A stretch of 64,000 nucleotides of DNA from NCBI GenBank assembly GCA_965285935.1, contig OZ260665.1, positions 45,570,001-45,634,000 of the forward strand. The letters are read 5' to 3'. Positions 12,141-25,900 of the stretch are shown here, piece after piece (within the stretch, counting starts at the first letter, position 1; each line of letters begins with the position of its first letter). The stretch comes from Ophelia neglecta. Its lineage: Eukaryota. The position numbers and the translations under genes were made by a program. The notes beneath the pieces were generated by a model. That model worked only from the letters and a program-made list of their open reading frames with translations, did no database searches and had not been told where the DNA came from.

Positions 12141-15100
12141 GTTTGTAGGGAAATTCATGACGCCATTTGTACATTGCGCGGTTGGGATAAATCGTTTACC
12201 TGCTGGCCCATTCCTACCTTTTGAGGGACATTTTTGGCTGGGCCCCATAAGCATTTACAGGTGCACGTAAAGCATTCAGACAGCGGTTGTTGACCAGGTT
12301 GAAGGTACAGGCCAAAATGACCATTCATGATAAGATCAGAAACCAATTTATATAGACCATGTTTAATGATTAGATACAATTCTTTTAAATGAAGTTTCAT
12401 CCATGAGTATTTATTAGCCTAAATGTTTTAACTGCAGTGCGATGTTTTTTTCTGGAACATTCTCGCCCTGATTAATTTAGAATTAATTAGTAAGTCGTTA
12501 AGATCTAACCAGCTTCCATATCTAGGATTTCATCGATCACCAGTAGAAACGTTGGTTTTATTCGATAGTATTTATCTAAAGGTGTGTTGGACTAAAGAAA
12601 TCGTAGTGATTTTATTTTATTTTACGCCAAGTTCGTGCGGAAACAACGACGTCAGTGTTTAGCTTCGACATACGAGGTTCTGACGGAGCATTTCTGATGA
12701 ACCTCGTGCAAACATCCCCATCAAATCGGTCAAACAACAGAGCCGATTTAATCGATGAACATTTGCAAGTCCATTGTCCAGGAGTTGTATCTAGTTGCAC
12801 TAGCAGCGTGACTTTGAAGCGAAAATAACAGCAAAATGAAAATTATTTTTCGAGCAAACATCAGAATCTTTGTCATGGGGCTAATGTAAATATGCAACAT
12901 GTTGTAAATCTGCCACCGACGCTGAAGAGTTGTGATAACTATGTCAGATACCTAATAAGGAAACATGTCACCGTTTGCCTGACCACACTTTTGGTATCGA
13001 TCTTCGATAGAACAGCGTGCGTCTTGTGATGGGCCGTGATTTCTACAGATGAAAAAACATATACTGGAACAAAAGCCATTTGCTTCAGCAGAAATAAGAT
13101 TATAAACAATATGATTATAAACAATACCAGTGATTTTGTGCAGATCGATAAATCTTCAGGTCCCCATATACATATATATCTTTACTTAGCTTTTTTTGTT
13201 GTCGCGCGATTAAAAGTATGTTGTAAACCCAATGCAAAATAATGCATCGGTCCATTTCATACCTTTAGCCCCAATACATCGCTTGAGTATGACTAGCAGC
13301 CAATGGGGAGTTTCTTTTAATGCCAAGGAGTAGTCGCAAAACCACGATTTGCGTTACACAAACGCTCTTTTGACCTCCCTCGCTTTAATGAAGTTACAAG
13401 GTCATTGTCAGTGTGTAATATTATTTTGTAATGTTATAGATATATCATATTTTCACCTTATGACATCTAGGGTATAGAAAAGAGTTTTCGACGTCTCTAC
13501 TCGCTTCAAGTCATCCTCTTTCCCATGCACTAGCCTACTACCATTCCGGCTAATAATATGAGCCGTGTTTCTGTTGTGCAAATTATAAACGCAAGTGTGT
13601 CAGGTATTTTAAGGGGTAGCTCTATTGCTTTTAGATTGATATATATTATGGACTGAGAAAAAATACCGAATTGCCGCCTTTATTATTCAGGCTATTTTCG
13701 ATGTAATGGTCCAGAATAGCATATGATGTATTTCCGAACAGCCCTTTTCGCTATAGTGTATATACCCATCCAGTGAAACATCGTCTAGAAGCTACGAATC
13801 TTCAGGAATAGTAGAAGGGGGATTGGCTTGCTTAACACAAAACATCAGGCAACTACAGTATCTCCATTAGCGGATAAACCCCATCCCGAGGCCTTGGACC
13901 CTGGTCTTGAGTTGGGGACGTATAAAGCGGGTCCAGACTAGGAGGGACGTCCTGAGCTTTTGAAGCCAAACTGTCGGAGTTGTTTTGCAGCATTGACCCC
14001 TGCAGACTTGATGGAGCATTCTGCGTCACTGAACTAAAAACGGGACAGTCGTTTTAAGCGATTGGGCCTAGAGTGTGAGGGACGTCTTAGGCCATTGAAA
14101 CCAGATTATAAGAGCCGTTTTTAGACATAGAATCCTCACCGGGGGAGAGTGGGAAATACGTCTTGAGCGGGTCAATACTGCATGTGAGGGATGCCTAAAA
14201 AGATTTGACCCAGACTTTGAAGGAAGTTACTGAAGCCAGACCGAGAAGAACATATTCAGCCATTGAACAAAGAGCTGAGTGGCTAGACATCTGAACGCTT
14301 TTTATCAATCTGGGAGTTATTTCAAGAGATATTGAACGACGGAATAATTTAATAATAAATTTTGAAGTTTTTGAACTACAATGTGCAAGAGCCAATGCAC
14401 TTTAATCTGTCTTTCCAGATACGTACAGTTCGTGCTGAATAATGTAAATCGTTCTCGATATGTCGTACGTTTATGTTTCTTTAATTCCTTCCTTGGGAAA
14501 GTGGCCGAAGCTGGACGATAATGACATTAGCCATAGGAGAGCCTATGTAGGACTAAAATTTCACATAATTTTAAGGACTATAGATAGAAACAAAGCACCA
14601 ACGAAGGATGTAAAAGGTCTTTGGTAAAATCAACAAAGATAACCAGCCTGAATAACCAGTCATGCTTTTATTGTGAGTGAACTTGTGCAACTGCAACATA
14701 TGATGTTAACCCTACACCAGTATGAAGCACGACCTCTAGCTCTAGGATGAGAGAAATAGGTTATCAAACGTCTTTGCAGTATTTACTGCAAATGGATTTT
14801 GCATACACTTGGGTGATACCAAAATGTTGTAGCGGCAAGGAAAATGCTAGTTCACTAGGAAAGTATGCAAGTCGAAGGAGTACACTTAAATTATTAAACA
14901 CACTTCATCAAACGGTACATTTATGTGGTGTCTAAAAGAGTCTCTCCTGTGTATCCAAAGTCATGGCACAATTAAAATGTAAGGTGTCCAGGCGGGACGA
15001 GAAACTAGAATGTGAAAGCATAAAAAATATCTACGTTGTCTCCTCTCTGAGTATAATTATTATGCCATGACACAATTTAGTGTGCCATGTTTCCAGGCGA

Positions 15101-15389
15101 AACGATAGCTTCCAAAGACAACGTATGGAAGCAACTTATTCAAACAATGAAATCAAACTGCAGAAATGAGTTAATTGAAGACAAATGGTTAATTTAATAG
15201 TTTTAAGTAATTTATGACAGCAATAATACTGGAAGAGGTATTGTTACGAAAATGTGTTACGCTATTAGACCATAAGCGAAAATGACTTCTGTAGCAATTG
15301 GGCCATACCTGCAGATGCAAACTTCTGGACTCCCTGGCTAATAGTGGGACAAGAAAGAGCATGTTGCCCTTAGAAGCAGGGTTTACAAG

Positions 15390-16530
15390 ACATCTCAAAA
15401 ATGGAAAAGCACCCCGGGCATCTCAAAATGGAAAAACATCTCGTGCATCCCCAAAATGGAAAGACGACCCCACAACTCAAAAGTGGAAACACATTTCCAA
15501 CATCTCAAAGGAGGTGAACAATCTCGAGCATTTCAAATGGAAACACATCTCGAGCCATCTCAGCATTGGAAAGATATCTGAAGCATCTCAATGTAAAAAG
15601 ACATGCCGAGCATCTCAAATGTAGAAAGACATGCCAAGCACTGATCTTAAATGTAGAAAGACATGCCGAGCATCTCATGTGTAGAACGACATGTCGAACA
15701 TCTCAAATGTAGAAAGACATGTCGAACATCTCAAATGTAGAAAGACATGCCGAGCATCTCAAATGTAGAAAAAACATGCCGCGCATCTGAAATGTGGAAA
15801 GACATTCCGAGCAATCTCAAATCATGTGGAAAGACATGCCGAGCATCTCAAATGTAGAAAGACAAGCTGAGAATCTCATATGTTGAAAGACATGTCGAGC
15901 ATCTCAAATGTAGAAAGACATGTCGAGCATCTGAAATGTAGAAAGACATGCCGAGCATCTCATGTGTAGAAAGACATGTCGAACATTTCAAATGTAGAAA
16001 GACATGCCGAGCATCTCAGTGTAGAAAGAAATTCCGAGCATTTCAAATGCAGAAAGACATGCCGAGCATCTCAAATGTAGAAAGACATGCCGAGCATTTC
16101 AAATGCAGAAAAACATGCCTAGCATCTCAAATGTAGAAAGACATGCCGAGCATTTCAAATGCAGAAAGACATGCCGAGCATCTCAAATGTAGAAAGAAAT
16201 GCCGAGCATTTCAAATGCAGAAAGACATATCGAACATCTCAAATGTAGAAAGACATGCCGAGCATCTCAAATGTTGAAAGACATGCCGAGCACTCAAATG
16301 TTATTAGACATGACGAGCATATTAAAGTGAGAAAGATATCTCGAGCATCTCAATAGAGGAAAGACATCTCGAACCATCTTTACAATGGAAGGAAATGTAG
16401 ACCATTTATGATGTTTAGACATTTCGAGCATCTCAACGGTGGAATGACATGTCATGCGTCTCAAAGGCCGGGGAAAGACATATCAAGCATGAAAAATGGC
16501 AAGACGTCTGGAGCATCTCAAATGGGCAAA
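15390..16530. repeat. 28-bp satellite array (CATCTCAAATGTAGAAAGACATGCCGAG); homogeneous core ~15583-16300 with decayed flanks
   Basis: 28-bp period checked at 15671/15699 and across 16039-16262. It explains the ORFs at 15298, 15948 and 16408. Confidence 0.97.
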
Positions 16531-19323
16531 GATATTTCAGGTGTTGGAAGGCAGTGTCATTGGATTTTCAAAGCGGTAGCCAATAATGTAAAACATGTCC
16601 ACTTATTGGATCATGGGAATGGGACAAGTTAAGCCAATGGTAGTAACGACATAGGCCTATAGACGCATTTTTAAGGCCTGATTTATAGGGCATATCTCAG
16701 CCCAAAGACATATACTATTCGACACACGGTTCATGAATAATTAAATTACTTACGGCTCCTAATTAACTTCGATTGGTAAATTTAAAAAATGATTTTAATA
16801 AATTTCCATGTTCTTTATAATTAAAAAGACCACCATATACTGGTCTACTCATGCGTTTCGCTATTATCTTCAACGTGTTATACGTAAAGTTCTGGTTTCT
16901 TGAGATAGACTAAAACGTTTAAAAAAATGTAACGGCAGTTTGAAGACTTTGTATTCAATCCCGATATTTTTTTTCTAAAAAAGTCAACCTCCAGCGATTA
17001 AGATATTGGTTCAGATTGAGAGTTTCGTATTAAAGGACTGGCCATCCTCCAGTATCACCTCATCAACATAGAACTCCCCCTCTAGGGGATAATTAATTTT
17101 ATTCGGTATAATTCCTACCACTTCTCGCTGATAATAGTTTCAATTAGAGTTCAGCTTTATTCATTCCCATTGCGATTTGTTGAAGCGAAACTTCTTGGTG
17201 ACGCGTTAATCTGAGTTATATTGTTCCTTGTCGAACATGGAATGAATTTATGAAGATGGTAATGCGGTATTTATGAGACTGGCCTGTCTTTGAAGCACGC
17301 TGGATTAGTTCAAAGAGAGCAGTGGATTATTGTGATGATAATCAGACTGGTAGGCGTGGATAATCTAGTGGAGATCTTTGAAAGTGAATCATTGCGGTTC
17401 CTGATTGTCACATCGCCTGTTAATTGTTTGGTATCATACCTCACGAGCGGCTGTCGCCCCCTCGTGTCGACTTGGCTCCATTAACATATAACCACCAGGC
17501 AGGACAACTCATCACAGGTAATGGGGAGTCGATCGTGCATTGCCTCTCCCCCCTTCACTGAAGTCGAAACATTGCACATATTTGTGAATAAAGGTCAAAC
17601 TATGTGTCTAATACATTACCTTAAAATGGGCAATTTAAATGCGATTCCAAGATCGTATTTGGTAATATTAGCCCAAAAGATAATGTTTATTACACGGGTC
17701 TGTTAACGATGGCTTGTTAGTTAGTCGTTGGCCAGTTCGCTTTCAGATCATACATTACGCATGTCTCAAGAATTTAAGACCAAGTCTGAATTCAGACGAA
17801 TGCTTTATCGGAAGTCTTTTTTTTAAATGTAATTATGCGTTTACATTCCATGAATGGTTGTTTGAGTACTATTTGACGTCCTTGAGCTATCACTAAGATA
17901 TAACTCAATAAAATAGACTGTTATTTCTATTCAGGTCGAGACTTTGTGAGAACTTTCGTCGCCTCGTTGAAGGCGGTATTGTTTAGACCTTATTTCCGGT
18001 AGCTGAGCGTATTGTGGCGGAGTGATTGGCGGTGATTTGGAGCCAACTTTCGTCCGGCTGTCGACAGATTTCCCCGGAGACTCGCCCTAACTCTCCACAA
18101 AGTCCCCTCCCTCCCACTGATGGCATATTAAAGACAACCCTACTCCAGGGCATTTTGTTTTAATTTGCAAAATTCACCGAGTTTGTCTTGCCTCACCAGA
18201 GGGGAATGACATCGGCGAATGTATTAAACTAACCATATCCTCTTAATTACATCCGAAAACTTGATTAAATTCCGCCCTGAATGGCACAAGATGGTTGCCC
18301 CGCGGCCAGATTTCCAGATCAATGAGGTGGCGTATTGCTCGATGAGAAAACATGTCAAGAAATCCTTTGAATGAAAATTGTGGTGGATGACTTGCTCGAC
18401 CTTCATACAGTTATTTCGTGCAAGCAAAGGCAGTATTTGATGATAAACAACACAAATCACACCACTATCATGTCAAACTTGTATACTTCCTCGTCCAACG
18501 CCCAATCAGCCCCAGGGATACCTGCAATGGGTCCATGACGTCATGAGTATCGACACGCAGGTTACTTGGTGCGCTCTGGAGGATTTGGAGAAACACCCTG
18601 TGGCTGCAAATGGCATGTTAACCGAACATAAATCTCGCCATAAAATGTTAGTTAACATGTAAGCAAATTACTTTGGGGTCCATAAAATTATGCATTTTAT
18701 GAACTTGTGGAAACTAGTTCCCTAGCAGCGGAGAAGTATCGTATTGGTTGGCAAGTGTTTGCAGAGGAATGATTTATCCCGATTTTTTTTGGCAAAATTG
18801 AACGGTGTTTGGCATATTTAACTCTGGGCATAACATGTGAACCACCGGAAACTATGTTAATAGACTCATTTTTTTACAAGGTTTATGACGTATACTTCTT
18901 CCCTTAAAGATTGACATTCTTTGTTTGCCACTGGTTGGAGATGAACGCTGAAGGCGACTTATGGTTCTTTTATTAAATATTAAAGATCATTGCAAAATCC
19001 ACAAATTTATAATCAAGCCCGAAAGCAAACTTCGTTTCGTTGCAGGTTTCCCTGCATCTTGCTCGGCCTCATATACTATTCTGTCGTCGGGTGCAGTTCG
19101 GTCTAAAACCAATCGCCGATAGCAGTGGGTCAATCGTGGCTATCGATATAGCCTTTTGCTAATCACGATCCGGGGTTTAGGACAAAATTGGTGTTTTGCC
19201 ACCTTCGACTGCGGTGTGAAGGGCGGGGCAGTGTGGGGGTGGGGCAGGAGTGAAGTCACTTCCACCTACAGTAGGGCGTGGAAGGGGTTAATTTATTGGG
19301 GTGCAGAGAGGGTTGATGACCAT

Positions 19324-19517
19324 NNNNNNNNNNNNNNNNNNNNNNNNNNNNNNNNNNNNNNNNNNNNNNNNNNNNNNNNNNNNNNNNNNNNNNNNNNNNN
19401 NNNNNNNNNNNNNNNNNNNNNNNNNNNNNNNNNNNNNNNNNNNNNNNNNNNNNNNNNNNNNNNNNNNNNNNNNNNNNNNNNNNNNNNNNNNNNNNNNNNN
19501 NNNNNNNNNNNNNNNNN
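19324..19517. other. Assembly gap (194 N)
   Basis: Run of N. Confidence 1.
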
Positions 19518-20724
19518 TGAAGAGGGATTGGTGGCAGATTACACAGGTAGATTACACATCGGTGCAACTTTAACTCTTTCATATATTGTTGTCAATCAAT
19601 GTTATACATATACATAGAAGCAATTTTTTAGTCAGTATAGAGGCTTTCTGGGGAGCTACCTTATTCCGCTCTGCGCTGATGCGCTGCTTTACATACTTAA
19701 TCAAATAACCTCCAGATTACCATCTCATGGCCCAACACAAATTGATATCCTGTTTCTGAGGTAAAATAAGTTGAAAATCTCATAGCGTTCTCAATTTATA
19801 TATATATATCCAGTGGCTTATCGGCACAGCCTAGCCTCAGGGTGACTATATCTATGACCATTGAGGTGTAGAACAATAGAAAGGATCAAATCATAAACAT
19901 GCCATAATATGGAATCAAGCGTAACATTAAAAACATGATGGGACGACGAGCCCCAGGCTCACATCAATTGAGCTATGTCGTCTGCTCTTGCATGTGTTCA
20001 ACGATGCGGAACGACGGCCACAATGACAGCCGGGAATTAATACTCAGGTTGCGATGATTACCATATTCCACGCCTGACTGCTCGCGATTGTCTCTTTTCG
20101 TGCGCTACCTGCGGGTTCTATTCTGTCGGCTCTGTCATGCAGCGCCAAAAAGTGAAACAATGGATCAGCCGGGGGCACGCCTCACCAACTTTGATGTTTC
20201 TTATGTGACTGAGATCGATACAATCGAGCGAGCTGGCTTGTTTCCCGGCGTGACTTTTGATTGCTCGAGTTTAGCTTATTAATATGCATCTCGGAGCTAA
20301 GGTTCTGTTTCGTCTCTCTCTACAATTTTCGGCACACCTCAGCATCCCTTTGACAGGTGGGTCCTTTAACTAGGCAAATTCGTTTGACACCTGTCCTTGG
20401 CGGTGTCTTTGATGTCTGTGATTAAGAAGGCTGCCGTGTTGATTAACTCAGATCGGTTTTGATAGGCCGGTGTGAAAATCAGGCGTCCATACAAGTCATC
20501 CTAGAGCAGGTTAGACTAGTTAATGATGGGGCGTGGTTGTTACTTTTTATCACATAAATGCCAACCGACCGGGATATGACAATGTCATTGTTGTGAGTTA
20601 TGCAGCATGACCAGAACCGCTTACTGCGCTCGCTAATGGTCCCGCATCTTATTTCAATTATTCATCATTTTTAATTTCGTTTTCCATTATTTCGCAATTA
20701 GAAAGTCGTCAGCGTATGCACGCG

Positions 20725-21430
20725 TTCATTTCATTTATTTTTATTTAGCACCTACAATATATTTACACTTAAACAAGAATACGAAATCCTCTGGGGTCAA
20801 GGAAGGCCATCTGACTCGGATTCTAACTCAATAAATTATCACCTTTGAAGTTCAGCCACACAATAATAATATCCCGTGCATCAGTTCAACAGTTCACAGG
20901 GCAGATAACTCAATAACTATTTTAGAACAATATTTAAAGAAAACAGTTTACAGTTCACTCTACATACACCTAATACCACCTATAATTAAAACTCCATGGT
21001 TTTGGACAGCGCCTCTCTGTTCACAACATGAGCCATCTAGTCAAGACTTGAGCAGCCTTGCTACAGCCAATTAAGGAGGAGATGGTATATCCAATCCCCA
21101 GGGAGAAACCTAGAGGTTTAAAAAATTGTCAGAATATGTTACTCTGTTAACTGCAGTCCTTATAATTATACTGACAAAATGTAGCACTTTGACAATTGGT
21201 AGTAATATTGCCATTTATAAAGGGCACTTTACAATATAAAAAAGGAAAAAAGGGAGATTCATAGACAAAACACAGATTTTGAAGCAGAATTATAAATATA
21301 GTTACTCACATTAATCTTCATCCAATCAGCAATTAAAAGCGAAGTGGAAAAAAGGTCTTAAGCCTTGATTTTAAAGGCTTCAACTGACTCGGTAGATCTC
21401 AGTCTGCCAGGGAGATGGTTTTCACAGACA
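20725..21430 (-). mobile_element. 5'-truncated non-LTR retrotransposon (L2/CR1-group-like) 3' end
   Basis: Minus strand ~21420-21347 translates, with one frameshift, as NHLPGRLRSTESVEAFK/SRLKTFF. This fits the (W)N-x-LP-x2-LR-x4-S-x3-FK-x2-LKT motif that ends ORF2 in this group. An AATAAA/ATGAA-type tail lies at ~20725-20750. Locally CpG-poor. Confidence 0.6.
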
Positions 21431-22852
21431 GACAGTAGATTAGTTCAGGCACTTTGTTTCAAACTTTCATTGTGTCAAAGTCATCCTTTATATGAATGTA
21501 CCACTAAAATAAAATATGGTCGACATTATCAATTGAAGATACAAGCTACAAGCTTATTTGGCTCAATGCACAAATACATTTTACCAACATTTTTTACCTC
21601 TCAACGCAAATAAATTCTTGGATATAGAATCCCACAGTTATCGATTATACAAAAAAGTATTTATATGTCATTGCTGATACCATGGCAATTTTTTGCTTAG
21701 TTGTATTACTTATATCTGCAGTAGGCCTAATTTGGGACAATCTAACAATATAAGTCATTTATATAATAGTCACATAGTGGACATTACTTTGGTGTGTATT
21801 CACCTGTCTTCTATTGATTAAAATAGGTGTATACAATATTAACTTTGTGAGTTTAGATCTTAACTTAATATTTCTAATATCAAGCAAAAACTGCCTTACG
21901 GTATACTCGTTTGACTTAATACGCTAGATGATTTCACAGACTTTAACTGCTTATTGCTGGACACAATGACCTTCTCATAATTTTTACTATAGTATAGAAA
22001 ATGTTTCCCAGGCCAGAAAGAGAACAATGAAAGATTTTCATACATATAAGCACATTACTCCCACTTTCAGGTTGGTCCCAATTAGCACTATTCTCCGATG
22101 GCTGTCCACCAAGAGCCACCACCTATAGAGTCAGTGATTTCCCAAGATTTACCATTTAGTTCACCAGCAATTTCGGGAGATGGATTGTAACATGATATTC
22201 AGACCCTAGTTTTTGGCGATGATCAATCAATGATATTTCTATTTAATCGATCGCCAGTAAATGATCGATGGGTAGATTTTTTAGCTTTGTTAATCGATCT
22301 GCCACACAGTTTAACACCGCCTAAAGCCGATTTCTTTCAATCCAGCATAGCATTGCATCAAATAAAGCCGATGCTCAATGGAATTTTACAAAGAAAGCAA
22401 ACAAAGAAATGTCTTTATATATATCTATTTATAAGAACGGAAGCGAGTTTCTACTTCTTTATTTACTCTTTGCCGTACTAAGCCATCTTTCAATTTTGGA
22501 ATGTCCCGGTTCTGAGAGTCCTTTAGGTTTGCTAATCATCAAATTAGAGAAGGTGTAGGACCTGGAAGGAAATACCGAGCAGGTCAGTTTCTGGAGTCCA
22601 TGCATGGTCAGATAGCTAGACAAGATATGGAATTGAATTTTTAAAAAAGCGCGAAGGGCCAAAGCTGATTGAGTTTATCGTAAATTGGTGCATGGGGTCT
22701 TTTTGCCCATAGATCTATTTCCCCAGATCCCACCAAACTAACAACTTTCGTAGACATGCGAGCGAATTTTGCAAAAAAAGCCGAAGTAATGGCGCCTCAC
22801 TTGGCTTTCTTACCAGAATAAGCATCTTTTCGTTAATTATCCGTACATAATA

Positions 22853-23028
22853 CAGTGGTCCCTGCGAAGTAGGTCCCCTCCGATGAAGGGCCACCTGCGA
22901 TGGCAGGACAGTTTTTGAAGTAACATGCTATCTTTTCCACGTTACAGTACCTCGGATGGAGAGCCACTTGCAATTTAAGGCCACTATTCCTTGGATTTAG
23001 GGGTGGTCCTATATCGCAGGGACCATGC
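22853..23028. mobile_element. Tc1/mariner-pogo-type MITE (~175 bp)
   Basis: TA|CAGTGGTCCCTGCGA at the left end and TCGCAGGGACCA at the right form a terminal inverted repeat; internal GGCCAC motifs. Confidence 0.75.
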
Positions 23029-23403
23029 ACTTTACTCGTATAAAAATACAGCTGTAGGGCACAGCTTCAGTGTATTCATTTACTGACGCTTGTTACTTCA
23101 CTTTTGGGAAATCTTTTGTCTTGTGAGCAGCACCGACGTATCCCTCTGGGCTCCCCGTCGATGAGTGTTGTCTTGTGAACGCAGTTCAAGCCGTTTCGTT
23201 GCAACTTCTCATAAGACAACGCTTCTCGCTGCATGGGCCGTTCTCTCAACCACATGGAGTCAACCGAGAACTATTACTCACTCAATCTTTCTGTTGAAGA
23301 AGTTTACCTTCATTGGTAAACGTATATTTGCATGCCCCAAACAAAAGAAAACAAAACGTCTGCAAGAGGTGTGGCAAATAATTCGCTACATCAAGCAAAA
23401 TTA

Positions 23404-23580
23404 TAATGAAACCTGTGAATTAAGACCACCAAAGGGACTGGAAAATACTAGTCTGATGTCGGAGGCGGTCTGTTTAGACAGGTTATTAACATCTGAAGTA
23501 TACATCACGGTCCTCGTATTAGTGGTTTGAATAGGCAGGTGGTCTGATAATAGAGGTGGTCTTTAAGGCAGATTTCACTG
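23404..23580. mobile_element. pogo/Tigger-type MITE (~177 bp)
   Basis: Left end TA|TAATGAAACCTG is a decayed inverse of right end CAGATTTCACTG|TA. Subterminal AGACCACC/GGTGGTCT inverted motifs. Confidence 0.7.
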
Positions 23581-25814
23581 TACATAGAACCCCAAGAAGT
23601 ACCAAGTTACATCCAATAACTTTTTACCTTCACTTTAAAATATGCCCATAGGTTTACTCGATTATTGATATTAATCATCTATTTTTCTTGGATTTGTGGC
23701 AAGCATTGTTCAGTTCTAGTGTGTTTTCTGAGCTGGTTAGACCCCTGGTGTGTAAATTGAGTCGGTAGTAGCTTGTCCGTAGGTGTAGGAAGTGTGCTGA
23801 CAAGTTAATCATCCAGAAGGTAATTTCAGCAGGGCACCCGGGGGTGATCAGGAGTGACGGCTTGGGGCGATGACGGGTTTGTCTGTCGATGATTTTTGAG
23901 GCCCCTGGTAGACCATGGCGGCTTTACACGATGTCGTGCAGGACTTCCCCTTAATGGCCAAACCAGTCGCTTGACATAGCCTCTTATGGAGGCCTACATC
24001 CAGGAAACTTAATTTTATGAGTCGTTATCCCACAACGTATACATGCGGATGAATTGTACATTGTGTATGATAATATAGTTGCTTTAATGACAGAAATGGC
24101 CTTCTTAGGCTTAAAGGTGCCCCCATTTTAATGGGAAAATATTGAAAGGAAAAGATCAGCATCAAGCAGAAGCAAATATGCAGTCTAACACTCCGTTTAC
24201 ACTGTAAAACTGCGCAAATGGACTCGCCCGATGAAATATTCATCCGCGACTCTGCCCGACGGTGCCATATAGACCACTGGAAAATAAAAATAAATATTGG
24301 TGGCGCTCTTCGGCTGACAACGTACATGGTTAGAAGATATTGTCATCAGAATACATGACTGTATATAGGTCTTCAAAATGAATTATTTCACTACACAGTG
24401 TCGGTAATATCAGTCACGTGACGGCCAAGCCAGGCCTATATTTAAGGCACATTAATTGATCCCTCCAACTTTTTGCCCATCCCCATTTTTTTTTTTATAA
24501 GTTCATAGCCTAGGGTTGTGGACAGCTCAATGTTCCAGCACGTGGCCCCGCCAATGTTCACCGGTGTTTATCGAGATATAAAACCCCGACCTACCTCTGA
24601 CAACCATCCATTTTAATTTTTGCTGACAGGGTAATCATCATAATAACCATTGTCACTTGCAGACGACTGTTTGGACTATTGTTTATCAGTGATACATTAT
24701 TTATCGCAGATCATCGTTTGACAAGTCGGTAATCAGACCCACGAACAGCAACCATCGCTCATGTTAGCCAGCAGGAACATCGTTTTTATGTCACATAAAA
24801 AAATTACCGGTGTTGGATAACGTACCTCTTCATTTATATCAAAAGGGCTCACCGGAGATATGTCATACTGCTAACCAACAGCCACATTTCTCACCTTAAA
24901 GCCTCATAGCAATAAAAGAGTTAGTGGTCAGCAAGGGGTTAGTAAGGCTAATTTCAGCTGTAAATGGGGATTTAACATGGGGAATTTGTTGGTGTCTTTT
25001 TCTCCTCATCCATTGAAGTGACCGAAGCAGAAAATGCAGTGTTGATAAATGTCTTAAATAAAGGGTTTCCAAATAGGTGTTTTCATTTTTGTCTGATGGT
25101 TTTCAATGAGCTCACTAGTGCTGCAAAATCACAACTTTAGCCCTACCTATGTTGTGGACTATAGTCATATGAGGTCCCCTGAACGAGTAAGATCTGAACT
25201 AGGCTAAGTGAAGTCATCTCCGACAGCCAGTATTAGAGAATATTGGCAGGGATGTAAATTGTCGATTTTATGTATTTTACCTTTCAAGCTTAAATTCTGA
25301 TAATGCGGACCTGCATTACTTTCTAAATTATTTTATGACAGGGCTGATCGATCTTGAGCGAACGTTTTTCGTTTGTCAGCTTATAAGATCAAGCCTAATT
25401 ATCAAAAGACGAAGTCATATAGGCCTTTGCCAGGTTGATCTTCCTGTTATGACCTAAATATAGGTGATTTACGTTCTGAGCGGTGTAGAATAGGTCTCAT
25501 CCGAGTTAACGGGTGTTATCTGTATAATTAAACATACTTTTTATCTATGTTTAATATGTGTATAGGAGATGTAATCAAAAAAGAAGTACATTGTGTAGTA
25601 CATTAAAATTAGCCCTGTCTGGGAACGAGTTGAACACGGATAAAGGAAATATCCTCTTGGTCCAATTCAATTCTGCAACTGCATCTTTAGTTATTTTCAG
25701 ATAAAAACATCTTTCTCTCAGGGGGGCTATAATAGAAAAACATATCTGTCTGCTTGTACCCAGACAGCATTTAATGAAATGTGTTTCAACTTGTGTTACA
25801 ACCTACAAAGCGAT

Positions 25815-25900
25815 GCATTTTGTCAGGATCTAAGGATTGCCGTAAATAGGGTAACACATTCTGATAATATTCCAAACTTTCAGGTATCGCAATTGGCGAC
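25815..25900 (+). repeat. Dispersed repeat copy B (same family as 11962-12035; likely a transposon relic)
   Basis: Visual alignment with copy A, including an identical tccaaactttcaggt core. Confidence 0.7.

Noticed and set aside
15583-16300. CRISPR-like appearance of regular 28-bp repeats
   Set aside because: Units are head-to-tail with no unique spacers, there are no cas genes, and the context is eukaryotic.
19156-19617. ORFs spanning X runs
   Set aside because: Open only because of the N gap.
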